Assembly (NCBI GenBank): GCA_018607365.1 | Contig: JABBBT010000031.1 | Coordinates: 3,338 to 67,337, forward strand | Direction: 5' to 3' | DNA length: 64,000 nt | Origin: SAR86 cluster bacterium | Lineage (GTDB): Bacteria; Pseudomonadota; Gammaproteobacteria; Magnimaribacterales; D2472 | Translations under genes and position numbers: made by a program | The notes under the pieces: generated by a model | Databases searched by the model: none | Told to the model about the DNA's origin: nothing | Seen by the model: the letters and a program-made list of their open reading frames with translations, nothing else | In this document: positions 28,967 to 39,081 of the stretch, piece by piece | Position numbering within the stretch: the first letter of the stretch is position 1 | Layout: every line of letters begins with the position of its first letter

Positions 28967-30204
28967 TCTAGGTCTTTAAATTCAACAAATGCTTCTGCTC
29001 GCATCGATCTTAAGGAGTTCTCAAGCGCCTCATCATACTTTCTAGAATAAAGAACTTGATAAGCTTGATCTTCAATTAATTCAGCTGTTTGATCATGATT
29101 CCTTGTTTCCATCACCTCTAAAAAATGAAAACCAAACTGGGTTTGAAATACATTAGATAAAACTCCAATTTCTGAATCAATCATGGTTTCTTCAAATTCT
29201 GGTGCCAGAACGCCTTTACCCAACCAGTCTAAAACACCACCAAGCTTTGCAGATCCAGGGTCTTCAGAAAACTCTTCAGCAAGCAATTCAAAACTTTCAC
29301 CATCCACAACTCTTTGTCTAATAGCATTAAGCTCAGCTTCTGTTTCTTCTTCAGTCCTTATAGCTGAAGGCATTAATAAAATATGTCTGGATAGCCATTG
29401 ATCTTCATATCGAACAAAAGTACCTCTTTTATCTTGAAGCTTAAGTATGTGAAATCCTGCGCCACTCTCTAAGGGCTCAGTTACAAAACCTACATCTTTT
29501 CTATTTATAGCATCGGCGAATAATTGAGGCATATCAGCTGCTTTTCTCCATGGCATAACTCCACCAGTTGAAGCATTCCCACTTAATGAAATTTCTTTTG
29601 CAAGTTCAGAGAAGTTTTCTCCATCACTAACCCTTTTAAGTGCAGAGATCGCATCATTTTGAGTTTTCACTAGTATCTGATTTACTAATAATTCTGGTTC
29701 CAATTCTACTAACGACTCGTCCGTTGCCAAAAACGCCTCAAATTCTTTAGCAGTAATATCAATTTCTGATTGAACTCTTCCTCTTTGAATTCTTTGTATG
29801 ATCATCTCTTTACGAATCTGTTCTCTAAGATCTTCATATTTAGTACCCTCATTTTCTAAAGAGGTTATAAATTCTTGAAGCTCCATTTTATTGTTAGCAG
29901 CAACTCTTATCATTGTTTGATTTAGCTCAGAGTCACTTATTCTTACACCAGCCCTATCTGCCATTTGTAACTGCAATTCTTCAATGATTAGCCTTTCTGC
30001 TACTTGTTCTAATAATTCTTCTTTAGGAGGCTTTGGAATATTTTGCTGGTCATACCTGGCTGTCATCTCTTCAAAATCATTATTTATTTGAGATTCCATG
30101 ATGACACCATCATCAACAATAACAGCAACCCTATCCAGTATTTCGACTGCAGAAAATAATGAAGGAATCAAAAGAACAAATGAGGGTAAAAATATTTTTT
30201 TCAT
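28963..30204 (-). CDS. surA: periplasmic chaperone / peptidyl-prolyl isomerase SurA
   Basis: Signal peptide, SurA N-domain (LDRVAVIVDDGVIMESQ) and two parvulin-like domains. Lies between lptD and pdxA. Confidence 0.9.
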   Translation of the reverse strand: MKKIFLPSFVLLIPSLFSAVEILDRVAVIVDDGVIMESQINNDFEEMTARYDQQNIPKPPKEELLEQVAERLIIEELQLQMADRAGVRISDSELNQTMIRVAANNKMELQEFITSLENEGTKYEDLREQIRKEMIIQRIQRGRVQSEIDITAKEFEAFLATDESLVELEPELLVNQILVKTQNDAISALKRVSDGENFSELAKEISLSGNASTGGVMPWRKAADMPQLFADAINRKDVGFVTEPLESGAGFHILKLQDKRGTFVRYEDQWLSRHILLMPSAIRTEEETEAELNAIRQRVVDGESFELLAEEFSEDPGSAKLGGVLDWLGKGVLAPEFEETMIDSEIGVLSNVFQTQFGFHFLEVMETRNHDQTAELIEDQAYQVLYSRKYDEALENSLRSMRAEAFVEFKDLD

Positions 30205-30211
30205 ATTAGAT

Positions 30212-32587
30212 TTAGTAATTAAAAAGTGAATTATTCAGTAGTCTATTTATTTTATTAGTGGAGGAATTAAAGCCCTTGAGTTCAAACTCAAAATTTATTC
30301 GTCCCTTGTTTTCAATCTGAATAATATTATCCCATGCTTCTGCCAAATGGGGATAGTAAATATCTTTATTAATATATTTTGAAAGATTTCTATCTGATCC
30401 AGTCATTCTTAATGCAAAACAACAGTTCTCATATTCTATACCTACGATACTCTCAATATTTTTATTAATTTCATCATCATGTTTTAGTTTTGCAATAAAT
30501 TTAAATTTGGAGCTTAGCCTGATATCACCGAATATTTCTGAATAACTCATAGGGAAATTAAAATCACCCGACATTCTCCTGTATCTTTTAGCAATTCCAA
30601 TCGACCCACCATTAAAATCATGCTTTAGGGTTAATCCACCTAACGGCATTTTTTTATTTTTATTAAAATATCCTCCGTAAGCCATTAGCATGGTATTTCT
30701 ATTAGGCATCCACTTGCCCATGACAGTTGTAGGTCCTCTATCCATTGGCATCCCATCTATTTTAGTTGATTCCATGTTCATAGAGCTATCTAATATGCTA
30801 TGACCAGACATCATTGGACGCATCCAAACCCTTCTATCATCTAAAAAATATTTCTTGGAAACAGATACTGACAACTTTTCCATGCCCATTATGATTTTTT
30901 TATACTTTAAGCTGAGGGTGTAAAATTTTTGATCTCCAATTCTATCCATCCCAGAAAAACGCAGATTATTAAATAATTCATTATTCATAGATAGTTCGTC
31001 TGCATCAAATATTGGGTTATTTGTTTGATCCTTATATGCTGTGTAACCAACAAATAGTCTAGGCTCAATAAAGTAGTTATTGTCTTGAGAGTTCCTTATA
31101 AAAATAGAGCTAATATCAATAGATGCATTGGGCACATTCACATCATTAGTTGCTTGAGAGTTCCCAGAAAGATTATATTTAATAGAACTGATTCCAACAT
31201 TTGCAACGATCTTTATTCCTTTAATATAACTATGATTTTGCAATGAAAGATCTGAATAAATTCTTGAACCCTCAGCTGGATTATTGATAAGTCTAGGGTA
31301 TTTACCAGACATATCCTGATTGCCAAAATAGCCATGAATAGAACTAGCCTTAAATGAAGATATATTGAGCTGCTCTTTTAAAATAATTTTTCCAAAACTT
31401 CTTGAATATTTAAAATCAATCGATGGAGATTGTTCATAACCATTGGTTAGAATAGGGTTCAGAGTTTGATAGCCTTGATGTTTTATTTGCACAGACGCAT
31501 TTTTAAAAGTTTTTGATAAAGAAAAATTTTGACTTAAGTTTTGTATTCTCTGATAACCAATTGAAGTTATGTCTCCAGGGATATCTCTAAGAAAAAGACT
31601 ATCCGATACTTTCGACCAATCTAAATCAATTTTTATTGATTCATGCTCGAATGTATCGAAAATATTAAAGGCCCATCTTGGAGAATTACTGCCATATCCT
31701 TCTTTTTCATATTCGTCATCTTTACTAAAATAAATGAGATCTAGGTTTCGTAGGTTTCTATTTTCTCCATGCAGAGACCGGAAATTTAATTCTAACCCTT
31801 GTCCGCGCTTTGCAATCATCCTTGGGGCTATTGTTATATCAGAAGACGAAGACAGCACTTTGTAATATGGGAGTGTTATATCAGCCCCATCCGATGAAAA
31901 AGATAACGAGGGCTCAAGAAATCCTGTCATCCTTTCAGTTGACGTTGCAAAGGGCAGTTGCGGCAATGCAAGAACAGTTTTGCCCATTACTTGAAGTTTT
32001 ATTGATTTAGCTAAGCCTCGATTAGTTTCCGCATTCAATCTAATTTCTTTAGCTTGTATTACCCATCCCTTGCTCGGGTTAGCGCATGAAGATATCGATG
32101 TATTCGCTAAATTTATTATGCTATTTAACTGCCCATCAAGGCTTTCAAATTTAAAAATAAGGCCTCTTTCATCAAGGTAGGCCTGACCATCAAAAAGAGA
32201 TAATTCGCTATCTTTTTTATTAAAAAAACCATTTTCTGCTCGAAAGTAGAAGTCTTTTAAGAAGATTTCACCACCATTAAAAAATTGTATTTTTCCATTA
32301 TCTCTATCCAGATTTGCATTCTGTGCTTTTAATAAGCCTTCTGGAAAATCTAAAGTAACGTTACCATCAAGAACAAGATTCTTATTATCAGTAAACTCAA
32401 ATTGATCTGAATTTACCTTAAGATCTTGACCTTCCTTTACTTCACCCATTAAGGGTGAATAGGCTATACATCTACTTACATTTGACTCGGATGTTGGAAT
32501 TAAAACCAATTCACTTATTTCACCATATGCAAAAGATGATATAGAAATAAGCCCACAGATATTGGTTATAAAAGAAGATTTCTTCAT
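30212..32587 (-). CDS. lptD: LPS-assembly outer-membrane protein LptD
   Basis: 791 aa, signal peptide, OstA-like N-domain, long beta-barrel. Heads the lptD-surA-pdxA-rsmA operon. Confidence 0.88.
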   Translation of the reverse strand: MKKSSFITNICGLISISSFAYGEISELVLIPTSESNVSRCIAYSPLMGEVKEGQDLKVNSDQFEFTDNKNLVLDGNVTLDFPEGLLKAQNANLDRDNGKIQFFNGGEIFLKDFYFRAENGFFNKKDSELSLFDGQAYLDERGLIFKFESLDGQLNSIINLANTSISSCANPSKGWVIQAKEIRLNAETNRGLAKSIKLQVMGKTVLALPQLPFATSTERMTGFLEPSLSFSSDGADITLPYYKVLSSSSDITIAPRMIAKRGQGLELNFRSLHGENRNLRNLDLIYFSKDDEYEKEGYGSNSPRWAFNIFDTFEHESIKIDLDWSKVSDSLFLRDIPGDITSIGYQRIQNLSQNFSLSKTFKNASVQIKHQGYQTLNPILTNGYEQSPSIDFKYSRSFGKIILKEQLNISSFKASSIHGYFGNQDMSGKYPRLINNPAEGSRIYSDLSLQNHSYIKGIKIVANVGISSIKYNLSGNSQATNDVNVPNASIDISSIFIRNSQDNNYFIEPRLFVGYTAYKDQTNNPIFDADELSMNNELFNNLRFSGMDRIGDQKFYTLSLKYKKIIMGMEKLSVSVSKKYFLDDRRVWMRPMMSGHSILDSSMNMESTKIDGMPMDRGPTTVMGKWMPNRNTMLMAYGGYFNKNKKMPLGGLTLKHDFNGGSIGIAKRYRRMSGDFNFPMSYSEIFGDIRLSSKFKFIAKLKHDDEINKNIESIVGIEYENCCFALRMTGSDRNLSKYINKDIYYPHLAEAWDNIIQIENKGRINFEFELKGFNSSTNKINRLLNNSLFNY

Positions 32588-32636
32588 AGATTTATTTTAT
32601 ACCTCTTAGCTTTGAAAGAGTATTTTATAAAAAGTT

Positions 32637-33242
32637 CTATTTCTTATAAGAATTAATATACTCTTCAAGCTGATAAAGGTGGTCTTTTCCAAAAAATATT
32701 TGCTGATCCATAAAGAAAGTTGGAACTCCAAAAGCTCCCTTATCAACAGCTTCGCTTGTATTTTTAATCAGCTTATCTTTACATTCTTGTGAAGTTACTA
32801 TTTTGATAATAGCTTCAGCATCAAGTTTATTATTTATAAGAGTTTCTTGCAGGACATCTAGATCTGAAAGATTCTTACCTTCTTCCCACATAGCGCAAAG
32901 CATTACCTCAATATACTGATCAAATATGCCTAATTCTTGAGCTGCAAGAGCCCCTCTTTGGACATTGACAGTATTCTGCGGAAAATGCGAATTAAATTTA
33001 TATTTATCAAGCTTATGCTGTTTTATGAACCTTTCAATTTCAATAAATTGATAGTTATTCTTATTTTTAATATCAGCAAAAGCAACGAAGGGAGGCTGGT
33101 TACCAGATAACTTCATTATTCCTCCTAGCAAACAAGGTACATAATTAAATTTCACCCCAGTTCTTTCTTCGAACCCAGGAATTAGTTGATGACAGAAATA
33201 TGCATTCGGGCTTGCTATATCAAAAATAAAGTCTACTTTCAT
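32637..33242 (-). CDS. 2-hydroxychromene-2-carboxylate isomerase / DsbA-like thioredoxin-fold protein
   Basis: 201 aa. N-terminal DIASPNAY (HCCA-isomerase-type motif replacing CxxC) and C-terminal GAFGVPTFF. Confidence 0.7.
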   Translation of the reverse strand: MKVDFIFDIASPNAYFCHQLIPGFEERTGVKFNYVPCLLGGIMKLSGNQPPFVAFADIKNKNNYQFIEIERFIKQHKLDKYKFNSHFPQNTVNVQRGALAAQELGIFDQYIEVMLCAMWEEGKNLSDLDVLQETLINNKLDAEAIIKIVTSQECKDKLIKNTSEAVDKGAFGVPTFFMDQQIFFGKDHLYQLEEYINSYKK

Positions 33243-33288
33243 TTGTACCTACAATTTTGTAAAGTTATGTAAACAATTAAACACTTAT

Positions 33289-34029
33289 ATGAAAGATTAT
33301 TCAAAATATTCAGCAATAATTATAGGAGCTGGCGATGCAACTGGAGCCGCACTCACTAGAAAATTTGCAAGCCATGGTTACAAAGTATGTCCAGTAAGAA
33401 GACCCGGAAGTGAAGAAAAAATAAACGCATTAGCAGATGAAATCAATAATTCTGGAGGATGGGCAAAAGGATTTGGTGTCGATGCTCGTGATGAGGATTC
33501 AATTGTTAGCTTATTTAAAGAAGTTGAAGAAAATATTGCCCCAATAGATGTTGTTATTTTCAACCCAGGAGCAAATGTATTTTTTCCAATTGAAGAAACA
33601 ACCTCAAGAGTTTTTAGAAAAGTATGGGAAATGGCTGCCTTTGGTGGATTTCTTTCTGGAAGAGAGGCTGCAAAGTATATGAAAAAAAGGCAATCAGGAA
33701 GTATTTTTTTTACAGGTGCTACTGCGTCGCTAAGAGGAGGATCGGGTTTCTCAGCTTTTGCTAGTGCCAAGTTTGCATTAAGGGCACTTAGTCAAAGTAT
33801 TGCAAGAGAGCTTGGCCCTCAGGGCATACATGTTGCTCATTTTATTATCGATGGGGCTATAGACACTGCATTTATTAAAGAGAATTTTCCAGAGGCATAT
33901 GCTCTTAAAGAAAAAGACGGTATCCTATCTCCTGAAAAAATTGCAGATTCATATTGGTTTGTTCATTCTCAACACAGAAGCGCTTGGACACATGAGTTAG
34001 ATCTTAGGCCTTATATGGAAAAGTTCTAA
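33289..34029 (+). CDS. SDR-family oxidoreductase
   Basis: IIGAGDATGAAL cofactor motif and S...FASAKFALRAL catalytic region. 246 aa. Confidence 0.8.
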   Translation: MKDYSKYSAIIIGAGDATGAALTRKFASHGYKVCPVRRPGSEEKINALADEINNSGGWAKGFGVDARDEDSIVSLFKEVEENIAPIDVVIFNPGANVFFPIEETTSRVFRKVWEMAAFGGFLSGREAAKYMKKRQSGSIFFTGATASLRGGSGFSAFASAKFALRALSQSIARELGPQGIHVAHFIIDGAIDTAFIKENFPEAYALKEKDGILSPEKIADSYWFVHSQHRSAWTHELDLRPYMEKF

Positions 34030-34051
34030 AATTTTAAAATAAGGAAATATT

Positions 34052-34909
34052 ATGAGTTTAAAAGATAAAGTTATTTTTATGTCTGGTGGAAGCAGGGGTA
34101 TTGGCTTGGCTATGGCAAAGAGGGCAGCTCAAGATGGTGCTAAAGTAGTTATAGCTGCAAAAACCGCAGATCCTCACCCTAAATTACCAGGAACTATCTA
34201 TACGGCAGCAGATGAGATTATAGAAGCTGGTGGTGACGCTTTGCCGGTTTTATGTGATATCAGGAACGAGGATAATGTTAGAGATGCTATTAATAAATCT
34301 GTAGAGCATTTTGGTGGAATAGATATTTGTATTAACAATGCCTCAGCTATTCAATTAACAAATGTTACAGACACTGAAATGAAAAGATATGATCTTATGC
34401 ATCAAATTAACGGAAGAGGTACTTACATGGTAAGTAAATATTGCCTTCCTCATTTAATGAAGTCTTCTAATCCTCATATTTTAAATTTATCTCCACCTCT
34501 AGATATGAGCTCTAAATGGTTTTCAGGAACTGTTGCATACACCATGGCTAAATACACTATGAGCATGTGTGTTCTTGGAATGGCTGCTGAATTTGCTGAT
34601 AAAGGAATTGCAGTAAATGCACTTTGGCCAAGAACTGCGATTGCAACTGCTGCTGTTCAGAATCATTTAGGCGGAGATGAAATTATGAGACTATCAAGGA
34701 ATGTAGATATCATGGCTGATGCAGCCTATGAAATCTTGATAAAAGATTCTAAATTATTTACTGGAAACTTTTGCATAGATGATCTAGTTCTTCATGCAGC
34801 CGGCGTAAAAGATTTTACAAAATATGCAAACGTTCCTTTTGCTGAACTAATGCCAGACTTTTTTGTACCAGACGACACGCCATTGCCTGAAGAGGTAAAA
34901 AACAGCTAA
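34052..34909 (+). CDS. SDR-family oxidoreductase (HSDL2-like subgroup)
   Basis: SGGSRGIG, NNAS and the YTMAK catalytic motif. The AAKTADPHPKLPGTIYTAA segment is typical of the HSDL2-like subgroup. Confidence 0.8.
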   Translation: MSLKDKVIFMSGGSRGIGLAMAKRAAQDGAKVVIAAKTADPHPKLPGTIYTAADEIIEAGGDALPVLCDIRNEDNVRDAINKSVEHFGGIDICINNASAIQLTNVTDTEMKRYDLMHQINGRGTYMVSKYCLPHLMKSSNPHILNLSPPLDMSSKWFSGTVAYTMAKYTMSMCVLGMAAEFADKGIAVNALWPRTAIATAAVQNHLGGDEIMRLSRNVDIMADAAYEILIKDSKLFTGNFCIDDLVLHAAGVKDFTKYANVPFAELMPDFFVPDDTPLPEEVKNS

Positions 34910-34910
34910 T

Positions 34911-35876
34911 TTGATAGATTCTGAAGTAATACAAGTCTCTAAAGAGTGTGGCTTTAATGTAAGTAAAGTCGATGCTCTAAAGCTTGAAGCAAGTGGCAGA
35001 GAGTATTACAGAATCAGTAAAGATTCAGGCGAAACATTTGTTTTATGTTATCTAGATCCTAATTTGGGAAATCACTCTAAGTTTCAACACGTCTCTAAAT
35101 TTCTTTTTGACCAGAATGTTCGATGTCCAGAAATTATTTTTTATGATGATAGTTTGGGAATTACTATTCAGGAAGATCTAGGAGATCAATCCCTCATAGA
35201 TTTAGATGTATTAAATGAAAAAAATAATCTATTACTTCAAAAATCCTTAGGTGTTTTAACAAAAATTCAGACAGCAAACGTACCTCAGATACCAAAATTA
35301 AATCAAGATAGTCTGTTTGAGCAAATGACTCTGATGGAGAATTTTTTTATAAAAGATTTATTATCTATGGATTCTCATAGAGATCTTGATGTATTAAAAA
35401 CGCTAGCAATTGAAGAGTTACTAAATCAGCCATGGATGAATTGCCATTTTGATTTTGAAAGAAGAAATCTTATTCTTCTAGAAGACAATGAAATTGCTAT
35501 AGTTGATTATCAGGATTTATGTTCTGGTCCTATTGGAATAGATCTTGCTGGGTTACTAATAGATCATTACGTTAAATATACAGATCAAAAAATAATGGAA
35601 TCACTGGCAAGCTACTCAAGCTTGATAGAAATTGTTGCTAGTCCTGAAGAAATATTTGAGTGGGTTAGGTGGGGTGCAATACAAAGAAATATGAGAATAC
35701 TTGGAATATTAAGTAAGATTTATATCGATACTGATAGATCTTTTAGACTTAAGGACCTGCCTCAGATTTTAAATAATTTAATTGAACTCATACCCGATAA
35801 AAATTTTACAGCTTTAAAAAAATATCTTAATGAAGAGGTCCATCAAAATCTTTTGGTGAGGCTGGACAAGATATGA
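34911..35876 (+). CDS. amgK: anomeric MurNAc/GlcNAc kinase AmgK-like phosphotransferase
   Basis: TTG start. APH-fold catalytic loop HFDFERRN and metal motif VDYQD. 4-nt overlap with a MurU-like gene. Same neighbourhood (next to the lptD operon) as amgK-murU in pseudomonads. Confidence 0.7.
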   Translation: MIDSEVIQVSKECGFNVSKVDALKLEASGREYYRISKDSGETFVLCYLDPNLGNHSKFQHVSKFLFDQNVRCPEIIFYDDSLGITIQEDLGDQSLIDLDVLNEKNNLLLQKSLGVLTKIQTANVPQIPKLNQDSLFEQMTLMENFFIKDLLSMDSHRDLDVLKTLAIEELLNQPWMNCHFDFERRNLILLEDNEIAIVDYQDLCSGPIGIDLAGLLIDHYVKYTDQKIMESLASYSSLIEIVASPEEIFEWVRWGAIQRNMRILGILSKIYIDTDRSFRLKDLPQILNNLIELIPDKNFTALKKYLNEEVHQNLLVRLDKI

Positions 35877-36544
35877 AAGTCATGATTCTTGCTGCAGGCT
35901 ATGGAAGAAGATTACTTCCTTTAACAGAAGTTACTCCAAAACCTTTATTAGAAGTTAACGGAAAATCTTTAATTCAAAGAAATATAGAAACACTTATAAG
36001 CTCTGGTTTTGATGAGTTTGTTATTAATATTTCCTATTTAGGCCAAATGATTAAAGAACATGTAAGTCATACATTTCCTGGTATTAAAATTTCCTTCTCT
36101 GAAGAGGTTGAGCCTTTAGGTACAGGTGGTGGCGTGTCAGCAGCCTTAGACATTCTTGGCAAAGACACTTTCGTTTTAATAAATTCTGATATCTGCCATG
36201 ATATAAATATTAAAAACCTTAGCTCAGACACTGAATCTGCTCATCTGATTGGAGTCAAGAATCCTGATCATAATTCTGATGGAGATTTCTCTTTAGACGG
36301 AGATAGGTTAATAATAAAAGAAGGCAAGAATGATTTTACATGGACAGGAATATCCGTTATCAATCCAACTATCTTTAGCAATTTTAGGGATCAAGAAGGG
36401 CCTTTTGACATATGGAAATCAGTAATGACCAAGCCTATTCAGAATAAAACTGTTACAGCCGAAATAACCCACAGCAATTGGATAGATACAGGGACATTCG
36501 AGCGCCTAGAACTTGCTAATAAGATATATAAAGACGAAAATTAG
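35873..36544 (+). CDS. murU: N-acetylmuramate alpha-1-phosphate uridylyltransferase MurU-like nucleotidyltransferase
   Basis: ILAAGYGRRLLPLTEVTPKPLL sugar-nucleotidyltransferase motif. 223 aa, the size of MurU. Confidence 0.75.
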   Translation: MKVMILAAGYGRRLLPLTEVTPKPLLEVNGKSLIQRNIETLISSGFDEFVINISYLGQMIKEHVSHTFPGIKISFSEEVEPLGTGGGVSAALDILGKDTFVLINSDICHDINIKNLSSDTESAHLIGVKNPDHNSDGDFSLDGDRLIIKEGKNDFTWTGISVINPTIFSNFRDQEGPFDIWKSVMTKPIQNKTVTAEITHSNWIDTGTFERLELANKIYKDEN

Positions 36545-36547
36545 ATT

Positions 36548-37216
36548 ATGAGTGATACAAACTACATAATTGCACCATCAATACTGGCTTCTAACTTTGC
36601 TACTTTGGGTGAAGAGGTTGTAAATGTTTTAAATGCTGGAGCCGATTGGATTCATTTTGATGTTATGGATAATCACTATGTACCTAATTTAACTATAGGA
36701 CCAATGGTTTGTAAGTCATTAAGAGATTATGGAGTTAAAGAATTTATCGATGTCCATTTAATGATCGACCCAGTTGATGACTTAGCCCAAAGCTTTATTA
36801 AGGCTGGTGCTGATTTAGTGAGTTTTCACCCAGAAGCAACAAATCATATCCATAGATCAATTCATGCAATTAAAGACCAGGGCTGTAAAGCAGGATTAGT
36901 GTTTAATCCAGCAACTCCTCTTCATGTTCTTGACAATGTAATAGAAGATTTAGATTTAATTTTAATCATGAGCGTTAATCCCGGCTTTGGAGGGCAATCC
37001 TTTATTCATAGCTCACTTGATAAGATAGCTAAGGTTAGAAAAATGATTGATGAATCTGGAAAAGATATTCGCCTAGAGGTAGACGGCGGAATTAATAACG
37101 AGACTATAGGCCTTGCCTCTGCTGCGGGTGCTGATACTTTTGTTGCAGGATCTGCAATCTTTAACACGGATAATTATGAGCAGACAATCTCAACACTTCG
37201 TTCAAAGATCGTTTAA
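36548..37216 (+). CDS. rpe: ribulose-phosphate 3-epimerase
   Basis: [21 protein letters not shown] and [10 protein letters not shown] motifs. Confidence 0.94.
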   Translation: MSDTNYIIAPSILASNFATLGEEVVNVLNAGADWIHFDVMDNHYVPNLTIGPMVCKSLRDYGVKEFIDVHLMIDPVDDLAQSFIKAGADLVSFHPEATNHIHRSIHAIKDQGCKAGLVFNPATPLHVLDNVIEDLDLILIMSVNPGFGGQSFIHSSLDKIAKVRKMIDESGKDIRLEVDGGINNETIGLASAAGADTFVAGSAIFNTDNYEQTISTLRSKIV

Positions 37217-37625
37217 ATTCTTTTTATATATTGTTTTTGTATCCAGTATTAATGGGTCTGAACCTATTCCATTAGAAAGCTTTTTAAATAAAATAGAAGT
37301 TGCTAATAATTCTCAAGAAAGAAAAAGAGGACTCATGTATCGAAGGGTGCTTCCTCAAGATCACGGAATGCTTTTTGAATGGGATTCAAAAAAGATTCAA
37401 TGCATGTGGATGAAGAATACTTATGTACCTTTAAGCGTTGCATATGTAGATACTGAAGGTAAAATTATTAATATTTCTGATATGACTCCATTATCCAAAG
37501 CATCTGTCTGTTCAGCAAAACCAGCCTTGTATGCATTAGAAGTCAGCCAAGGAGTCTTTAAAAAAAATAATATTAATGCCGGCGATATTTTAGCTATAGA
37601 TAAAACGTTACAAAATGATAAATAA
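37176..37625 (+). CDS. DUF192 family protein
   Basis: Start placed at the ATG at 37176 (signal-like N-terminus). GLMYRR..GMLFEW...[13 protein letters not shown]...YALEV are DUF192 hallmarks. Overlaps rpe by 41 nt and trpE by 11 nt. Confidence 0.75.
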   Translation: MSRQSQHFVQRSFKFFLYIVFVSSINGSEPIPLESFLNKIEVANNSQERKRGLMYRRVLPQDHGMLFEWDSKKIQCMWMKNTYVPLSVAYVDTEGKIINISDMTPLSKASVCSAKPALYALEVSQGVFKKNNINAGDILAIDKTLQNDK

Positions 37626-39081
37626 AGAACAATTTGAGCAATACGCAGATCAAGGATTCAATATCATTCCTGTTGCTAAAGATGTTCATCTAGATGATGT
37701 GACTCCACTTACCATCTACTCTCAGATATCAAATAAGTCGAACACTTTTTTATTAGAATCTGTTGAAGGTGGTGAAACTTGGGCACAATATTCTATTGTA
37801 GGGTTAGATTGTTTGGATACTATCAAAGTCACCGGAAATACTATTGAAACCAAGACAGGCGCTCAGATTTCATCATTCATTTCAGACAATCCACTAGATG
37901 AAATCCAAGAATTAATAAGTAGTCTAAAAACCCCTGAAATTAAAGACTTGCCAAGATTTTATGGTGGTTATGTAGGCTTTTTTGCTTACGAAAGTGCCAA
38001 ATATGCAGAAAAGAGGATTGCAGATCTTGTAAACAAAGATTCAAAGTTTGATGAGCATATGCCTGAAATTTTTCTAGTTAAAGCTGAAAAGCTAATCGTT
38101 TATGACAATACCGATCAGTCAACCCAGATAATTTTTAATGTTGATCCCAAAAAGACTTCTTATGAAGAGGCACTAGATGCAATCGAAGAGATTAGCAGCC
38201 TATTAAATAGTGAAGATACTATTTTTGATGATACTTTTAAAACTCCTTCTGGAGAAATGGCCTTTAATTCTAATTTTGAAAAAGATGATTATATTAAGGC
38301 TGTAGGTCTTGTAAAAAATTATATTGAAGAGGGTGATGTTATGCAGGTCGTTCTAGCTCAGGACTTTTCCCAGGATTTTCAGAATGATCCTTTTGATTTA
38401 TACAGAGCACTACGACAATTAAATCCATCACCATATATGTATTACTTAGATCTTGATGAGTGCCAAATTGTAGGAGCTTCTCCTGAAATTTTGGTTCGAT
38501 TAGAGGAAGACAAGGTAACATTAAGACCCATTGCAGGAACAAGGAAAAGGGGGTCGAATACAGAAGAGGATTTAGCTAACGAGAAAGATTTATTAAATGA
38601 CCCTAAAGAAATTGCAGAACACTTAATGCTAATAGATCTTGGAAGAAATGATGTCGGCAGAGTCTCTGAAATGGGAACCGTTCAGGTAACAGACAAGATG
38701 ATTGTTGAGAAGTATTCTCATGTCATGCATATCGTATCTAATGTTACAGGCACTTTATCCAAGGACTTAGATGCTATTGATGCATTAAAAGCTTCATTAC
38801 CAGCTGGTACCTTATCTGGAGCTCCAAAAATAAGAGCAATGCAAATTATCAATGAGCTTGAGCCAAGTTCAAGAGGAATATACGGTGGGGCTATTGGCTA
38901 CATCTCCTGGAACGGTAATATTGATACAGCAATAGCTATAAGAACTGCTGTTATAAAAGATAACGTTATTCATGTTGGAGCTGGAGCTGGAATTGTTGCT
39001 GATTCTATTCCAGAAAATGAATGGCTTGAGTGTAAGCAAAAAGCAAAAGTCTTCTTAGATGCTATGGAGATGATTTCATGA
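37615..39081 (+). CDS. trpE: anthranilate synthase component I
   Basis: LLESVEGGE N-terminal motif and chorismate-binding core (GAPKIRAMQII.ELE..RG.YGGA.GY). Confidence 0.94.
   Translation: MINKEQFEQYADQGFNIIPVAKDVHLDDVTPLTIYSQISNKSNTFLLESVEGGETWAQYSIVGLDCLDTIKVTGNTIETKTGAQISSFISDNPLDEIQELISSLKTPEIKDLPRFYGGYVGFFAYESAKYAEKRIADLVNKDSKFDEHMPEIFLVKAEKLIVYDNTDQSTQIIFNVDPKKTSYEEALDAIEEISSLLNSEDTIFDDTFKTPSGEMAFNSNFEKDDYIKAVGLVKNYIEEGDVMQVVLAQDFSQDFQNDPFDLYRALRQLNPSPYMYYLDLDECQIVGASPEILVRLEEDKVTLRPIAGTRKRGSNTEEDLANEKDLLNDPKEIAEHLMLIDLGRNDVGRVSEMGTVQVTDKMIVEKYSHVMHIVSNVTGTLSKDLDAIDALKASLPAGTLSGAPKIRAMQIINELEPSSRGIYGGAIGYISWNGNIDTAIAIRTAVIKDNVIHVGAGAGIVADSIPENEWLECKQKAKVFLDAMEMIS

Noticed and set aside
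33378-33770. 130-aa minus-strand ORF inside the first SDR gene
   Set aside because: Antisense to a motif-supported SDR, with no start context or motifs.
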